Origin: Octopus vulgaris
Lineage: Eukaryota
DNA length: 64,000 bases
Reading direction: 5' to 3'
Assembly (NCBI GenBank): GCA_951406725.2
Contig: OX597816.1
Span: 41,478,001 to 41,542,000 of the forward strand
Below the pieces are notes generated by a model that worked only from the letters and a program-made list of their open reading frames with translations, was not told the DNA's origin and ran no database searches. A program made the position numbers and the translations under genes. Positions 24,430-38,384 of the stretch are shown here, one piece after another (positions within the stretch are counted from its first letter, which is position 1; every line of letters starts with the position of its first letter).

Positions 24430-25150
24430 GCAAGCCAGACTGCTTTAATTTGCTTTCCTTTAACAAATGAACAACTATGGAGTCGCCTTCTTGGGAATGA
24501 TAAACATAAATTCTTACATCAAAGGAATGATGTATTCTTATGACACACCTGGCATATGATAATCTTAGCAAATTCCCTTTAGTATCTCAACAAGATTTCG
24601 GACAAAAGAATCTAAATATATAATTTCAACCGAAAATTCTAGCATGTTAGATGTCCTATTATGGCCATCTCTTATGTGTTTAAATACACACTTTATAGGA
24701 ATAATATATAGTCTATTGACTAGTTTTCTGCATACTAGGCCACTGGTAGTAAACATTTCTAAAACTTTTCCTACCCTGATATTTATAAATAATTTTTGGA
24801 AACTTTTTTGAAGCAAGTCGGCATTATTTTATTTGCTGCCAACAAAAACTGCGCTTGAGCGGTGGATTCGAAAAATTATATGAAATCACGAGCCATGTAC
24901 TGTATTGCCTAGTATTTACATATTAATCTTGGCGCTCCTGCTGATGAGAAATTCGCCTAGCAAATTACTTTATTTGCGATATAGAGTTTCAAGCGATGGT
25001 CCAAGAGATAGATGGTAAATATTTTTATTTTCCATTCCCTTCGAAACTACCCCTAATAGTGGTTTGGATTTTGACTACTTATTGTAGCGTGTTTGATGTC
25101 CTATTATGGCCATCTATTATGTGTTTAAATGTACGCTGTAGTTATATATA
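24430..25150 (+). mobile_element. Decayed Penelope-like element 3' end with terminal redundancy and degenerate hammerhead
   Basis: YASQT (YIGQT-like), SKFPF, TRFRTKESKYI..FQPKI remnants; 41-bp direct repeat 24645-24685 / 25090-25130; ctcctg CTGATGA gaaat..gtttc aagc gatg GTC caagag at 24935-25007. Confidence 0.55.
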
Positions 25151-25329
25151 CGTAAAATATATGTAGGTGCACATATACATCCATCCAGTGTTCGATACAT
25201 AGACAAGACGTCCACTTCATAATCATGAAACAACATCAGAAGTCAGTTACGATACTGAAACCTTTGCATACGAAGTTTGATAGAAATGGAAGCTTTTATT
25301 GATTGACCAAGATACACTCATGAAACGTG

Positions 25330-26462
25330 AACAATATTTGTCAACATATTTACCCCTGCGGCCATTATACTTCTGTCATAGATGTTACCGTACTCGCATC
25401 CCATTGGTAAAAAGCTTTCATCCTGTTGGTCACAACCGTCAACAATAGAAGATACGATTCTGTTTTCCAGCCATGGGATTTTTCATTCTGAGGAACAGCT
25501 GATAGATGGAGGCAATTCAAGAGAATAGAGAGGGAGACCAACCAGGTCATAGCCACACTCACACACAGAAGCCATTGAAAGCATTGACCTGATGAATAAA
25601 TACCGTTTTCAGTTTGTCCTTGATAGCCTTTCATATCTGCCTCAGTAAGTTGGCAAAGAAGTCTCCATTGAGGGCACGACTGTTTTCAGGATAGTCGATA
25701 AATACAATGCATGTTACATACAAAATCTCTGAGGCGATCAGCTTCTTCGAAGATGAAATCAGCTTAGCATTCTTTGGAATAAGCGAGGAGTTATGTTTCC
25801 ACTGCTTGGATTGTCTCTTTGTCTATGGCTGAACGTGATGAAATCAATGTTTCTCCAGCTGGATCTGCCAGAACCACTGTCAAATTTTGCCGTGATGTGA
25901 TCAGCCAGATGTCAGAAGCGGCAGCACCCACAGAGAAGTAACTTGTGTCATTTCCATTTCATTGTGCTAAATATTCTCAACTGTCTCACGGGATATCTTA
26001 ACAGCATTGGCTATTTTGTTTAACACCAATCGCATGTCATCCATCACCATGTGGAGAGCACGATTAACGTTTTCCTAGGTTACTGAACCACCAGAGTCCG
26101 GTCTTCTCAAAACTCCCACACTCTCTTCTAATTTCAGATGTCTCCTCCAACTTTTGCATTGTTGATAAAGCTGTAGCGTCATCCTCTAGTGTAGCAAACT
26201 TAAAATTCCTTCGATGGTAAAACCTTTTTTACTGCAGGTGTTTGATAACACTGATAGCAATGGTAACACCACGGTGTCAATGTTTGTCCATTTTAAAGGG
26301 AGGTCGCTACTAGTTACACCTGAAGTCTTCATTGAACTGTCAGACATCAGTTTACCTGAAACGATAAAATAAGAAAGATCTGATATTAATGCATGCAATA
26401 CTTCTTAGCACTAACATTATCTTTCATTGTCGGCCTATGAAATTTGAAGCCCACCCTCGTAC
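25330..26462 (-). mobile_element. Decayed mariner transposon (second family)
   Basis: Terminus TA-cgagggtgggcttcaaatttcataggccgacaa on minus; NGDFFANLLRQI*KAIKDK..FIHQVNA (HQDNA-like); left end uncertain. Confidence 0.75.
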
Positions 26463-27377
26463 TTCGTCACATATAAATATCAAGCTACTCATATTATCTT
26501 TATGTGACTCGACTTTGCTACAATCTTACATTCAATATTGTAACTCGTGTTTCTATCCTTCAAGCTACACCGAAAATTATGTTATATTTATTGTAGCCGT
26601 CTATGGAGAAATATTATAGTGTTTATGATATCAAATATTTAATCAATGTTATTCAAATAATGTAAGATTTAGTAGCTGCATGAATGTTAACTTGTGGATT
26701 TATATATTGTCTCGTTAATTGGGCAATACGTATTCATATGATATTTATTTCTATTAACAACATTCCAATTCGTATTATCTACCATCGAGGTTAGCTGTTA
26801 TATCATTATTATCAACACACCAACAAGTGTAGGTGTATTTGAAAAAAACAAAGAGCAGTGGGGTGTTGTTACACTTATGTTTTAATGGTAAATGCTTCCT
26901 CATTTAAGAAAAAAAAATACCTAGAAATTCTGCAGTTTCGATAGTAAAGAGCCACGAATAGCAAACATAGCATTATTCTAGAGATATTTAAAGATTCTGA
27001 ACAACTGATAATCACGGAGATAAGGGAGCCAATGTGTAAATTTAAGTACAAAATAGCAGGGAAAACTGCGAAATATTATACTTCTTCATGTATGTGTACT
27101 TTTCCGAGCATAGCAACCAAATCGAAAGTAGATAAAGCATTTTGAGGATTAAGAAACAACTTTTCTCCGGGCTATAGATAAAGAAAAGTGTCAAATAGCT
27201 CTAAAATTATCATTAGATTTAAATGTTCATTTAATCTCACGCATTTTGCATGCCATAAATATACGCCACACAGTGATGATAGATTAACAAGCAATCTCAA
27301 ATGCACATGATCTCTGAGTGGACTCAGCAGTACAGAAAGACCATCATATATAGGGAAGATATCACTATTAGAATGAC

Positions 27378-27605
27378 GGCGAGCTGGCAGAAACGTTAGC
27401 ATGCCGGGCGAAATGCGTAGCCTTATTTCGTCTACCTTTACTTTCTGAGTTCAAATTCCGCCGAGGTCGACTTTGCCTTTCATCCTTTCGGGGTCGATAA
27501 ATTAAGTACCAGTGAGGCACTGGGGTCGATATAGTCGACTTAATCCGTTTGTCTGTCCTTGTTTGTCCCCTCTGTGTTTAGCCCATTGTGGGTAGTAAAG
27601 AAATA
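27378..27605 (+). mobile_element. Full-length SINE family A with 13-bp TSD
   Basis: ggcgagctggcagaaacgttagc..gagttcaaattcc (B box); tattagaatgacg at 27366-27378 and 27606-27618. Confidence 0.92.
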
Positions 27606-28006
27606 TATTAGAATGACGTGTTTCGTATAAAGGTCGTTTAAGATGCTTTATACCTACAAGTATTACATTAAAATCATTCAGAGCTGCAAAGCAACACATT
27701 TCGGAACTTCTGTCGTTTCTGAAAGAGAAAGGCGCAGTCTAGGATCAATTGGAAAATAGCCGAAAAGGCTACGTAAACGCCAGCAGTATATATGAGCTCT
27801 GTTATGCTAGAAAGAAGATTGTCTTCCAGAATGATCGCATACTTGGATTGTAGCTGAACGCCAAATTAGAGACATCGTCACCTTCTGTCTTTGTTTATTA
27901 GTCAGCTACGGTGCTTTATCTATTTATTTATTTTAGTTAGGGATTGCCTCCTTTCACAGTTGGTTAGTATTTTGAAATTTACATCTGTATATGGACGTAA
28001 CAAAGA

Positions 28007-28065
<59 letters not shown>

Positions 28066-28799
28066 ATCTTCAAATACTCTTCCAATTATCTTACACTAAC
28101 CCACAAAATTGCAAATAAATAATTTTTAAAAACAGCTAATCTTCAGTGCTCATTTGTGACAACACTTTCTTAAAGTCACGAAGAGTGTTGAGGGACGGTT
28201 TAGATTTGTTGGAATGAATGTCTATGTAAGTTATAACAATAGTGTACACACAAAATTTACCTCTACATTTCTTTTTTCATTTTATGTGATGTAAAGTTTT
28301 AACAATCATTACACTCCCATCGAACATTAATTATACTATATTCCATGAGTCCTCATCAATTTTTGTGATACATACTCGAATTTTAAACAGTGTGATTGCG
28401 TTCTTAAATACGTTCCATAGATCTGAATAACATCCTTCGATGAACAGTATATAAGATGTGTTGCTATTTGAAATGTAAGGCGTACTTTAATACTTCAATA
28501 AAATCCCAGATCATAAAATCAAGTACATATTTAGTGACTGGGGGATCAACAACAAGCACGTATACAGTTTGGACCTCTTGAACCTATAATTCCTTAAGTC
28601 ATATAAAAACCTCCCTAGTAATAAAATGAGCCTAGATTAGTTACACAAATTCTGTGTCAACACTAGTAGCGAAGGTTACGTAAGCCTACTCCAAATAGTA
28701 CTTTCAAGAAATGAGATCATATATAAATTATAGAGACACCAGTCTTTTGCAGAGACAATGTTAAAAAAAATATGAAACGTCACGACAAAAGAGATTTAA

Positions 28800-29430
28800 A
28801 AGTATGTACAGCGCACATCCAGGCTGTGTTTACGAAGTGGATAATAATAAAGAGCATATGAATGGACTATCACAATATATGGCTGCAATACTTAGGGAAC
28901 GATGCATGTTCTTGTCTCAGCCAATGGTACAATAATTGAATTTGTATCATACATGATAATTTTAATAACGATGTCACTGATATTGGTGAATTACCTACCA
29001 AAATCTGAAGCCTTCAAGAGCGGGGATTTCGATATCAAATGGTAGAAATCAACCATATTGCACTTGTTGAGTCTGAAAAGGTAGATGTCGGCAGAGATGC
29101 TCTCTCATCATACAATGAAATTAAAAGACACTACACAGGAATGACAATCAGCGACTTCAATGTATGATATACACAGCATATGCGGGGATAAGGAAAACTC
29201 CATGTTCCTGTTTTCTCTGTTTCGTTTTATCGGGGGACAGCTTGACCTCCGGAATGACTTCACCAACATCGAATGGTGTAGTATTGTCAGGACCCATGCG
29301 AGTCATAAAGTATAATCCACCAATCTGAAGGTTTTGTGAACAAGAAAAAGGAACTATTTTTATTCTTGCCATCAGAGGTGTACCTGGACCTTAAAACACA
29401 GACACATAGCAATCGAGAAATACCACTTAA
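28800..29430 (+). mobile_element. Possible very decayed APE domain of an RTE-like LINE
   Basis: INHIALVESEKVDVGRDAL..MTISDFNV (GDFN-like); weak. Confidence 0.3.
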
Positions 29431-29855
29431 GAGTTATCTACTCAATACGTAGGCCATGGCACTTAATCATGCCACTCGTACAGACACCACTAAATCTGGT
29501 TACTGGCGCAGAACTGTTATCGCCACTATAGTATTACTCATTCACTAACGCAATAAACAATACCTCTGCCTCAAGAAATAGTGGTGTGAGCTGCCTAACA
29601 ACAACCTGTGCTTTCGGGTAGAGCTGAGGGCAAATATGAGATTTGATGTCAAACCAATAACAACACACGCTCTAAGCGGAACAATATAATCCTACCATTT
29701 ATAAACAATCTTGGAAATGTTTCAGTTCTTGCTACTTGATTTTCTGGGATAGTTCTATGAGCCTACAAAAGTGTACGTTACATGAATACGGTTATGTTAT
29801 ATTTACATATATATATATATATGTATATATATATTGTATAAATATAAATATATAC

Positions 29856-29897
<42 letters not shown>

Positions 29898-32615
29898 CAT
29901 GCTGACAATTATTTACATGTACACAGAAGGCACCACATACATATAAACATAATACATTTACATATGCGTGTACGTTCATATGTGCATATGTATAGATATA
30001 TTTGTGTGAGTGTGGAATTACAGATTTAAAAAAAATAAATATAGTTAAGTATGAATATATTTTTCTGTATCAGATATTCGCCTTCAACTTAACAATCAAG
30101 ATGGATTGAATATTCTCATTAAACTTATGCATCGATTGTCATTCTTGCTTTCGGCTATAAATTTTAGGCTTCATTATTCCAACAAAGTATGAACAAAAAC
30201 GTATGTAGAGTTATATATACTGTTGTATAAACCATTAGTCCTAAAATCCTAAATCAATAATTCTGAACTTATTCAAAATGAAAGAAAATAGCAAGGACAG
30301 CCCAATCAAATACTTTCAATTCATGTTTGCTTTGTTTATCAAAGAAACTTCTTTGTCAAATTTGCACCAAGAACAACCCTAATGATTTTTATGTTGTTTA
30401 TTCATTTACTCCTTAAATGATTTCAATCATTTGACTGCTTCCATAAGACAGTAACATCTTTATGTAACTACGTCAATAACAATCAACTTAATACTTATTT
30501 AATGGGTGTTTTCTCTACTACTTGTTCTAAACATTACCGATTAGTTAACTTCGCTACTTGAACCATAGGATAAGTTACATATACTCCACTATACACACGC
30601 ACAAACACAACATGAACATACGAACATTAATTTATGTATATATATATGTATATATATATTGTTCCTTTCATCTACAACCACATCTGGATGACTGTCTTTG
30701 TGTATAAAGAAAACATTATTAAAATCAAGATGACCCGATTTGCTTTAAATACGTAATACGTACAACATCAATCAGGTTCCCGATAAGTTATTTCTTTTTA
30801 TTCATCAATACAAATCCTATGTCATTATGGCATTAATATACAGCAAGAGTTGTAACACTTTGTACAATAAATAATTTATAATATTAAAGTTATGTACCGG
30901 AGATTGGTGTTCAAAAACAGCTAAGCCACCCAGGTATTACCGCGCAGACTATATATTACATGCAGTTCCATACAGGCATGATGGCGATTCGATAGCGAAG
31001 TTATGTGCGTTCGACGTCCATGTTTATCTAGAAGAATTATGCTAAATATTAGTGTCTATGATATGTATAGGAAGTAACTACATGTATAAAGTGATAATTT
31101 GCTATGTTTTCATATATTAGCATACACATTTCCACTCACCCTTTCAATACTGTTTCGGGCACATTCATTCGCATAAGGACGCATATTGTGTGTTCTGTCA
31201 AGTTGTATAAGCTTTCTGCTGTACATAGTTTCGCAATTGTGCAAACGTAGCCAAGTGTATTACTATAGTTTTTCTTTGATTTTTGACATTATCGATTGCA
31301 TTCTGCATTCTGCATGCAGAAACCGGGATGTTAGCTGCATCATATATCATTCTAAAACTTCTTGGGAGACTGAGTAGAAATAAACTGAATTAAAAATGTA
31401 TAAATTATACCAAATAAATATATAAATTGGTCATCTACAAAGCAATTTTTCACGACCATTTTCATAATTCATCTTACGTTAGAGTTAAAATCTTACAACA
31501 TGACTTGTTTCCAAATACAAATATATCCATAAACATTCCATTATTTCAACAGGAATACAAGCGTATTACCAAGCCCTTGTACAATTAACTCAGTCACCTA
31601 AGAGCACCAACGCCTACGTGAAAGAATTCGAATGAATCTTTGCTAACAAAACTAGAAGGTTGGAACATAGACCTGGGAATTTGAATTTTTGTATTAAATG
31701 TCCAAAGTTATATTTGGTCATTGCGCAAAACAATGTTAATAAAAATATCTTCCAAGCTTCTGTGTATAAAGGAAGCAATATTGTTCTTTGCATTTTCTTT
31801 CCTTCGAAAATACAAACTTAAGATTATTCCGATCACAACAAATGTTAGGACCAAATTAAACATGACGAAATTATTAACGATGATACACATACAAGAGAGA
31901 TTAGACAACATTATAATAAATAACCTTGAAATTCATGGCCACAGAGTATTTCATACGTTATCAGCTAGTTTTCTGATATTAAAATATCTTCTATTAAAAA
32001 TGTGGTCGTGCTTCAATATTTCAATATTGTAATTGTTAATGCAATAGTGTGATAATTAGTCAAACTTGCACTTGAAACAAATCTATTAGACTGACTTTGA
32101 AGAAAGACGTATACAACAGCACTTGCCCGTATTTCTTGTGAGGCAATGCATTTCTTAATTTTTGAAGTAAAAATGAGTGAAATATGAGGATTTAGAAAAT
32201 AACTAATATAATTCAATGAAGTATAGTAAAGAAAATCCTAACAAATACCTTACACTATGATATACTTGATAGCAAAAAGATTCAATTTTAAGATTACATA
32301 ATATTTCTGTTATATTGTCAATATGAAGCATATTAAAATGATCTGAATGTGTGTGATTTCTGAAAACATAACTAAAATTTTCATCACGACCCAGAGTGAT
32401 AGCATGTTCTTTTAAAATATATCGATATTTCAATGGGCGTATGTATAAAATGTTGGGATATATATATTCTAAACGAAAATATTGACAGAAAGTATTACAT
32501 GATTTATATCAGATGAGTCCTGCATGAATATAAGTTAGAACTATAAACGACTAATATTGTTGTTAACAGTAAAACCTTACAATAACTTCAAGCAAGTATC
32601 CAACCTAGGAATATT

Positions 32616-32690
<75 letters not shown>

Positions 32691-32692
32691 AA

Positions 32693-32724
<32 letters not shown>

Positions 32725-32727
32725 ATA

Positions 32728-32759
<32 letters not shown>

Positions 32760-32770
32760 GATAATAATAA

Positions 32771-33314
32771 TGTACCAGGCAGCGGCTCTCATGGCTTCTG
32801 ATCTTAACTGATTGGAAGTGTTATCATGTACATTGTTTTGTCTTGGTATAAAAGATGGGCTACAGCAAATATTCTGCTCAATACCACAGATTTGCTTGTC
32901 AGTTTTTTTACCATAACCAGTTGAGCATGTCCCTTAGTGGCTGACGATATGTGCATCTCTGATCACGAGCAGAAGTAGTGGGGGAGCATCATAGCCATGT
33001 GTTGAGAGGGATTGTTTGAAGTTTGAATAGTTCACCTCTGGAAACATGGGTGGTTCCTTCAATATCCTTAAACAACCCTTATTCAGGGACTGTTTGAACA
33101 GGATGGGCTACTTAACCTGAAGAAAATTCTAACTGGGCCCCATCTGCAAGGTCATATGCTGTTTATCTTGATATGAGATCACCATGTCGCGCACATATGG
33201 TTGTGATGCATGTGCCTGGTGTGCCTTTATCAGACGGGTAGTCATGATGGGTATATTGGGCTTCGTATATTTTACCCCAGTGTCACTTCGATGGCATGAA
33301 CTGCTCTCTCACTC

Positions 33315-33315
<1 letters not shown>
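32771..33315. mobile_element. ~545-bp non-coding element embedded in (TAA)n
   Basis: Higher-GC block with sharp ends, (TAA)n on both sides, no ORF; 26-bp identity (32949-32974) with 7896-7921. Confidence 0.7.
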
Positions 33316-33371
<56 letters not shown>

Positions 33372-33381
33372 AATAATAATC

Positions 33382-33442
<61 letters not shown>

Positions 33443-33443
<1 letters not shown>

Positions 33444-34340
33444 TAGTGTCACAATAAATACACTGGTAATTGCGCAACCTGATAATCGCAACCACAGAAG
33501 TGTGACAATGGACAAACAAAATATTGTGAATAACGGTGGTAATGAACCTGAACCCATTGATTGTGACAGTGTTACACCCGGTAGGTTCCGAGATTCTGGT
33601 CTGGCTCCAGCCTGTCGATATCCAGAAACGGATCACCATACGATGCGTAGATGGAGCAAGCACATTAAAGTTGTGGTCATAGATGTTACTACCTGAGCAG
33701 CCCGGTAGATGAAAATGGTGTTGAAATTAGAGATTAACGAGAACGTATATATGATTAATGGAGAGAAAATTGATTGTTTCAGCTCACGGAATAGAGACTA
33801 TGTGATTAAGCTAGAGCAATAAGAAAATTTGTTGTTTTACAGAAGTAGAGTTCGAAGCTATCAAAAGACGGGTCATGAAAAATTGCAACAGAGGTAATAA
33901 TGAAAATACAGTTCTTACTAATAAGAGTAATCCCATAGCACAGGAAAGGAGCAGTGGTAGTTTACTTGATGAGAGACATATAGATGATCTGAAAGAAGAC
34001 AATAAAACTAATGGTGACATGACAGATAAACAAAAGGCAACCTACGACAGCATAAAGGTAAGACTACGGAGAACGATAGCGACGTTATCTGCAAGCTTAA
34101 AAAAGGTTGATCTATGGAAATTGAACCAAGAAACGAAAACCGTCAATGAAATTCTGAAATGCATCAGAACAAACAACACCAAAGAAAGAAATAATTTGAT
34201 CAAGGCAGCAAGTACCGTTCTAGCAGAAAACGTGGTCGTTGATGTCAAGAAAAAGAAACATAATGGGAGTGACAAAAGAAAAAATCCATGGTGGAAAAGG
34301 ATCCAGGCAGGGTTAGACATGCTCTCGAAGGAAATTTCTT
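33443..34340 (+). mobile_element. R4/Dong-type LINE 5' part (same family as 3890-4810)
   Basis: VIAQPDN..MDKQNIVNNGGNE..; LKKVDLWKLNQETK..NLIKAAS..NPWWKRIQAGLDML; flanked by (TAA)n. Confidence 0.85.
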
Positions 34341-34393
34341 CTTCTCCTCCCTTCCTCCTCCTTCTTAATAATAATAATAATAATAATAATAAT

Positions 34394-34431
<38 letters not shown>

Positions 34432-34454
34432 TAATAATGATAATAATGATAATG

Positions 34455-34489
<35 letters not shown>

Positions 34490-34752
34490 CCTTTCTATTA
34501 TAGGCACAAGGCCTGAAATTTTGGCGGAGGGGACGAGTTGTTTATTTAGCGATCCTGAAAGGATGAAAGGCAAAGTCAACCCCGCGAAATCTAAATTGAG
34601 ACCATAAAGACGAATATTAATGCTACTCATTTTACAGGCTCCGAAAGAATGAACGACAAATTCTAACTCGGCGGTGAACTCAGTGCAGAATATCATAAAA
34701 ATGTACTGAGGCATTTAACTGGGTGTGTTATCATTTATGCCATCTCGCCGCA
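34490..34752 (-). mobile_element. Decayed/rearranged SINE family A
   Basis: ggcacaaggcctgaaattttgg..gatcctgaaaggatgaaaggcaaagtcaacc. Confidence 0.7.
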
Positions 34753-34990
34753 ATTAGGTTAATAATACTAATTCAAAAACTGTATCCATCTGAAAGCAAC
34801 ATAACATTTGTTTCTTCTGGTGCATACATTGTTAATATAAAAGTTCGAAATAATGATAACCTTTTAATATTCAGTACGTACACTTTGGAAACCTATCCTG
34901 CATTTCCCCGACAAATCTCTAAGAAATCACTGTTGTTATAGGCCCTTTACTTCAATGAACTAAAAACGGTTCGATAATTACACGTTTTGT

Positions 34991-35316
34991 GGAGGCGCAA
35001 TGGCCCAGTAGTTAGGGCAGCGGACTCGCGATCGATGGGTCGGCGTTTCGATTACCATACCGGGCGTTGTGTGTGTTTATTGAGTGAAAACACCTAAAAG
35101 CTCCACGCGGCTCCGGCAGGGGTGGTGGCGACCCCCGTTGTTCTCTTTCGCCCTTTCTCTCACTCTCTCTTCCTGTGTCTTGAGTAACGCTACGATGGAC
35201 TGACGTCCCGTCCAGGTACGGGGGTGGGTACATATACGTCATAGAAAACGGGAAACCGCGCCCATAAGCCTGGCTAGGCTTGAAAAGGGAGCATAAATAA
35301 AATAAAATAAATAAAT
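34991..35316 (+). mobile_element. tRNA-derived SINE family C
   Basis: ggaggcgcaatggcccagtagttagggcagcggactcgcg..gtttcgattacc head; (aaata)n tail; cacgtttt flanking both ends. Confidence 0.88.
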
Positions 35317-35698
35317 GCACGTTTTATCATAAGAAAATATAAACATGCAGCTCTTTATATTTGAGCTATGTATAGATAGTTATAGTTAAACACAAAATCC
35401 CAACGCCTACTCAAGATGACCTTTTATCAATACACGGTATACTATTTCTACATCGACTTCATTTCTCTCCTAAAGTATATATAATTGCAGCAGAATTTAC
35501 TTTACACAGATGGCATTTCTTTCACTCAATATTTGAGACAGAATAGAATACCTTATCTCAAAAGACGTGTTTTTCAAGCAGAAAGTAATTGCTGTCAATC
35601 ATTTTCAAATACTTTCTCTCTCTCCCCCTCTCTATCTATTTATCTATGTATCTATGTATCTATGTATCTATGTATATGTCTGTCTGTCTGTCTGTCCG

Positions 35699-35756
<58 letters not shown>

Positions 35757-36576
35757 CTTCTTCTCTCTCTCTATCACTCCGTCTCTCCTGACTTTAAAAA
35801 AAATGTTAAACGACAAGGGAGATAGTTATTGATTATAATATAACAAAAAGAATACATGACTGTCTTAGAAATGATGATATGCGAACGACAAATTAACGAC
35901 TGACAAATACATCCATTAGCACGTGTGAACGTTGTTTGAGAAATCTGAATTTAAAACTCTGAATGAAATTCTTTATAAATTCTGTACAAATTATCCTACA
36001 TTACTCCACATTCTCTTCATATCATATACAAGTGATGGATCTAAATATTCGATATGATAGGAAAATAAGACTTTTATCAAGAACGGTAATATACACAAGA
36101 AACAGAGTCGTCTTCGACCACATGTTCACTTAGAATATGTTGCCAGATAAAGATTTAACAAATGCAAATCTAAACGTAGAAAAGAGTAGAAAATCTAAAA
36201 AAAATAAAGAAAGCAGCCTACAAATTCCTCAATGAAATACTAAATGAATTTGAAATACTACAATTGAATTATATGTATTCTATATTAACTTACGTTAGTC
36301 ATGTAAGACTCCAAGCAAATTTATGATATAGGGAACAAGAGACAGCTTTAAAAACATACTAAAAGCAGATTAGCTTGATTTCTTTTATAACGACGCTGTT
36401 CTTAGTAGACTGAAAACACTTGCATTTATCATAAAGCTATAATAAATATTCATTCGCAGATTAATGGATACCGACATTACTGTATATTTTTAGGCAAGAA
36501 GTCAGAAAAAAGATTAATTTTATTTATACATGCACACCTCCATACATACATACATACATATATATATATATATATC

Positions 36577-36611
<35 letters not shown>

Positions 36612-37452
36612 ATGTGTGTGTATATGTGTGTGTGTGTATGTGTCTGTGCTTGTGTGTGTGTGTATGTGTCTGTGCTTGTGTGTGTGTTTAAGTTCTTTTT
36701 CAGCTGTGTCACTGGGATAAACTATTTAGGTGCGTCCTGAGTTATTATATTGGATCTAATAAAATATAAAATATACGAAGATATTTAGTCAAACCAGTGT
36801 TTCGACGATTGTAAACAATTTGTCTGCACAATATGCATGCAGTCAGAAAAAAAAGGAACACCTACAGTCGAATTTCCACAGTTTTTTTCTTCATCAGTAT
36901 CTTTGCACTTCACCTTCAACTATCCACAAACACACCCTGCACGGACGAACTAATTATAGAGTATTTTTAAATCTGTGTTACCAACGAGATTCAACATTAA
37001 ATTAATGGACATAACGATGTGTCATTTTATTAATAGAATGTACTATAAGCATATCAGTAGTTTTTGTCTTAGAAAACGCTGTTTTAGGACGCGTGTATGC
37101 AATGTCAAGTTTGTTTTTGTGATATCACTGAATATAGAAAATCATGATTTCTTTTCTTTCTGGGACCAATTTTATGGTAGTCCTCTGAAATTTCCTTAAC
37201 TGATAAATAACCTTATTTCTCTCCAATTTATTTATTTCTTATATGAAATACTTATTAATTTGTTTTAGACTATTTCAGAATTTTAAAACTTACAATTATT
37301 TTATGAAATACAATTATGCAATTATAGAATTATTTTATTAATAAAATTTGTAAAATACCCGAAAAAAATTTCCCGCATTTTCCCACTGCATCTACAAAAT
37401 AGCATCCACCAAATGCACGTCTACGGTTCAATTGGAATTACACCAATACTTC

Positions 37453-37483
<31 letters not shown>

Positions 37484-37511
37484 GTAATATATTATATATG
37501 TGTGTGTAATA

Positions 37512-37559
<48 letters not shown>

Positions 37560-37577
37560 ATGTGTGAGTGTAATATA

Positions 37578-37643
<66 letters not shown>

Positions 37644-37989
37644 TATATGTGTGCTTAACAGTGAATATCTTTTTGTGTTTGCATGTGGGGGTGTGCATAA
37701 ATACATATTTTGTTGCAAGTGGATTTAAACAGTTTGAGTTCAAATTTATGCGTATGAAAAGAGATGTAAAATCAAAACAGTTTACCCAGAGAAGTATTTC
37801 CCCTTCTACATTCCTAGTACCCTATATTTATCTGGATTCACAATACATATCTGAGCATATATGCTCGATATCTAATCCAAATAGATTTGTTAAAGTATGG
37901 ATGTCGTTAAAACTATATAATTACAATTGATTTATTTTGTATCAAAAGTATGAAGAACGAATTCATCTATCGTGAAATGCAGTTGTATT

Positions 37990-38384
37990 CTTTTCTACTC
38001 TAGGAACAAGGCCCGAAATTTTTGTGGAGGGAGCCCATCGATTTGATACACCCCAATACGTAAGTGATACTTAGTTATCGACCCCGAAAGGAAAGAAGGC
38101 AAAGTCGACCTCGGCAGAATTTGAACTCAGAACGTAGCAGCAAAAGAAATACCTATTTCTTTACTACCCACAAGGGGCTAAACACGGAGGAGACAAACAA
38201 GGACAGACAAACGGATTAAGTCGATTATATCGATCCCAGTGCGTAACTGGTACTTATTTTATCGACCCCGCGAAGATGAAAGGCAAAGTCGACCTCGGCG
38301 TAATTTGAACTCAGAACGTAGCGGCAGACGAAATCGGCTACGCATTTCGCCCGGCGTGCTAACGTTTCTGCCATCTCGCCGTCC
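37990..38384 (-). mobile_element. Dimeric SINE family A with 17-bp TSD
   Basis: tgaaatgca(g/a)ttgtatt at 37973-37989 and 38385-38401; same internal junction as the 23344 dimer. Confidence 0.92.

Noticed and set aside
9336-28675. Shared 15-mer cactagtagcgaagg (9336, 28661) as a CACTA terminus
   Set aside because: Same orientation, no inverted partner and no further homology; a 15-mer match or two is expected by chance in 64 kb
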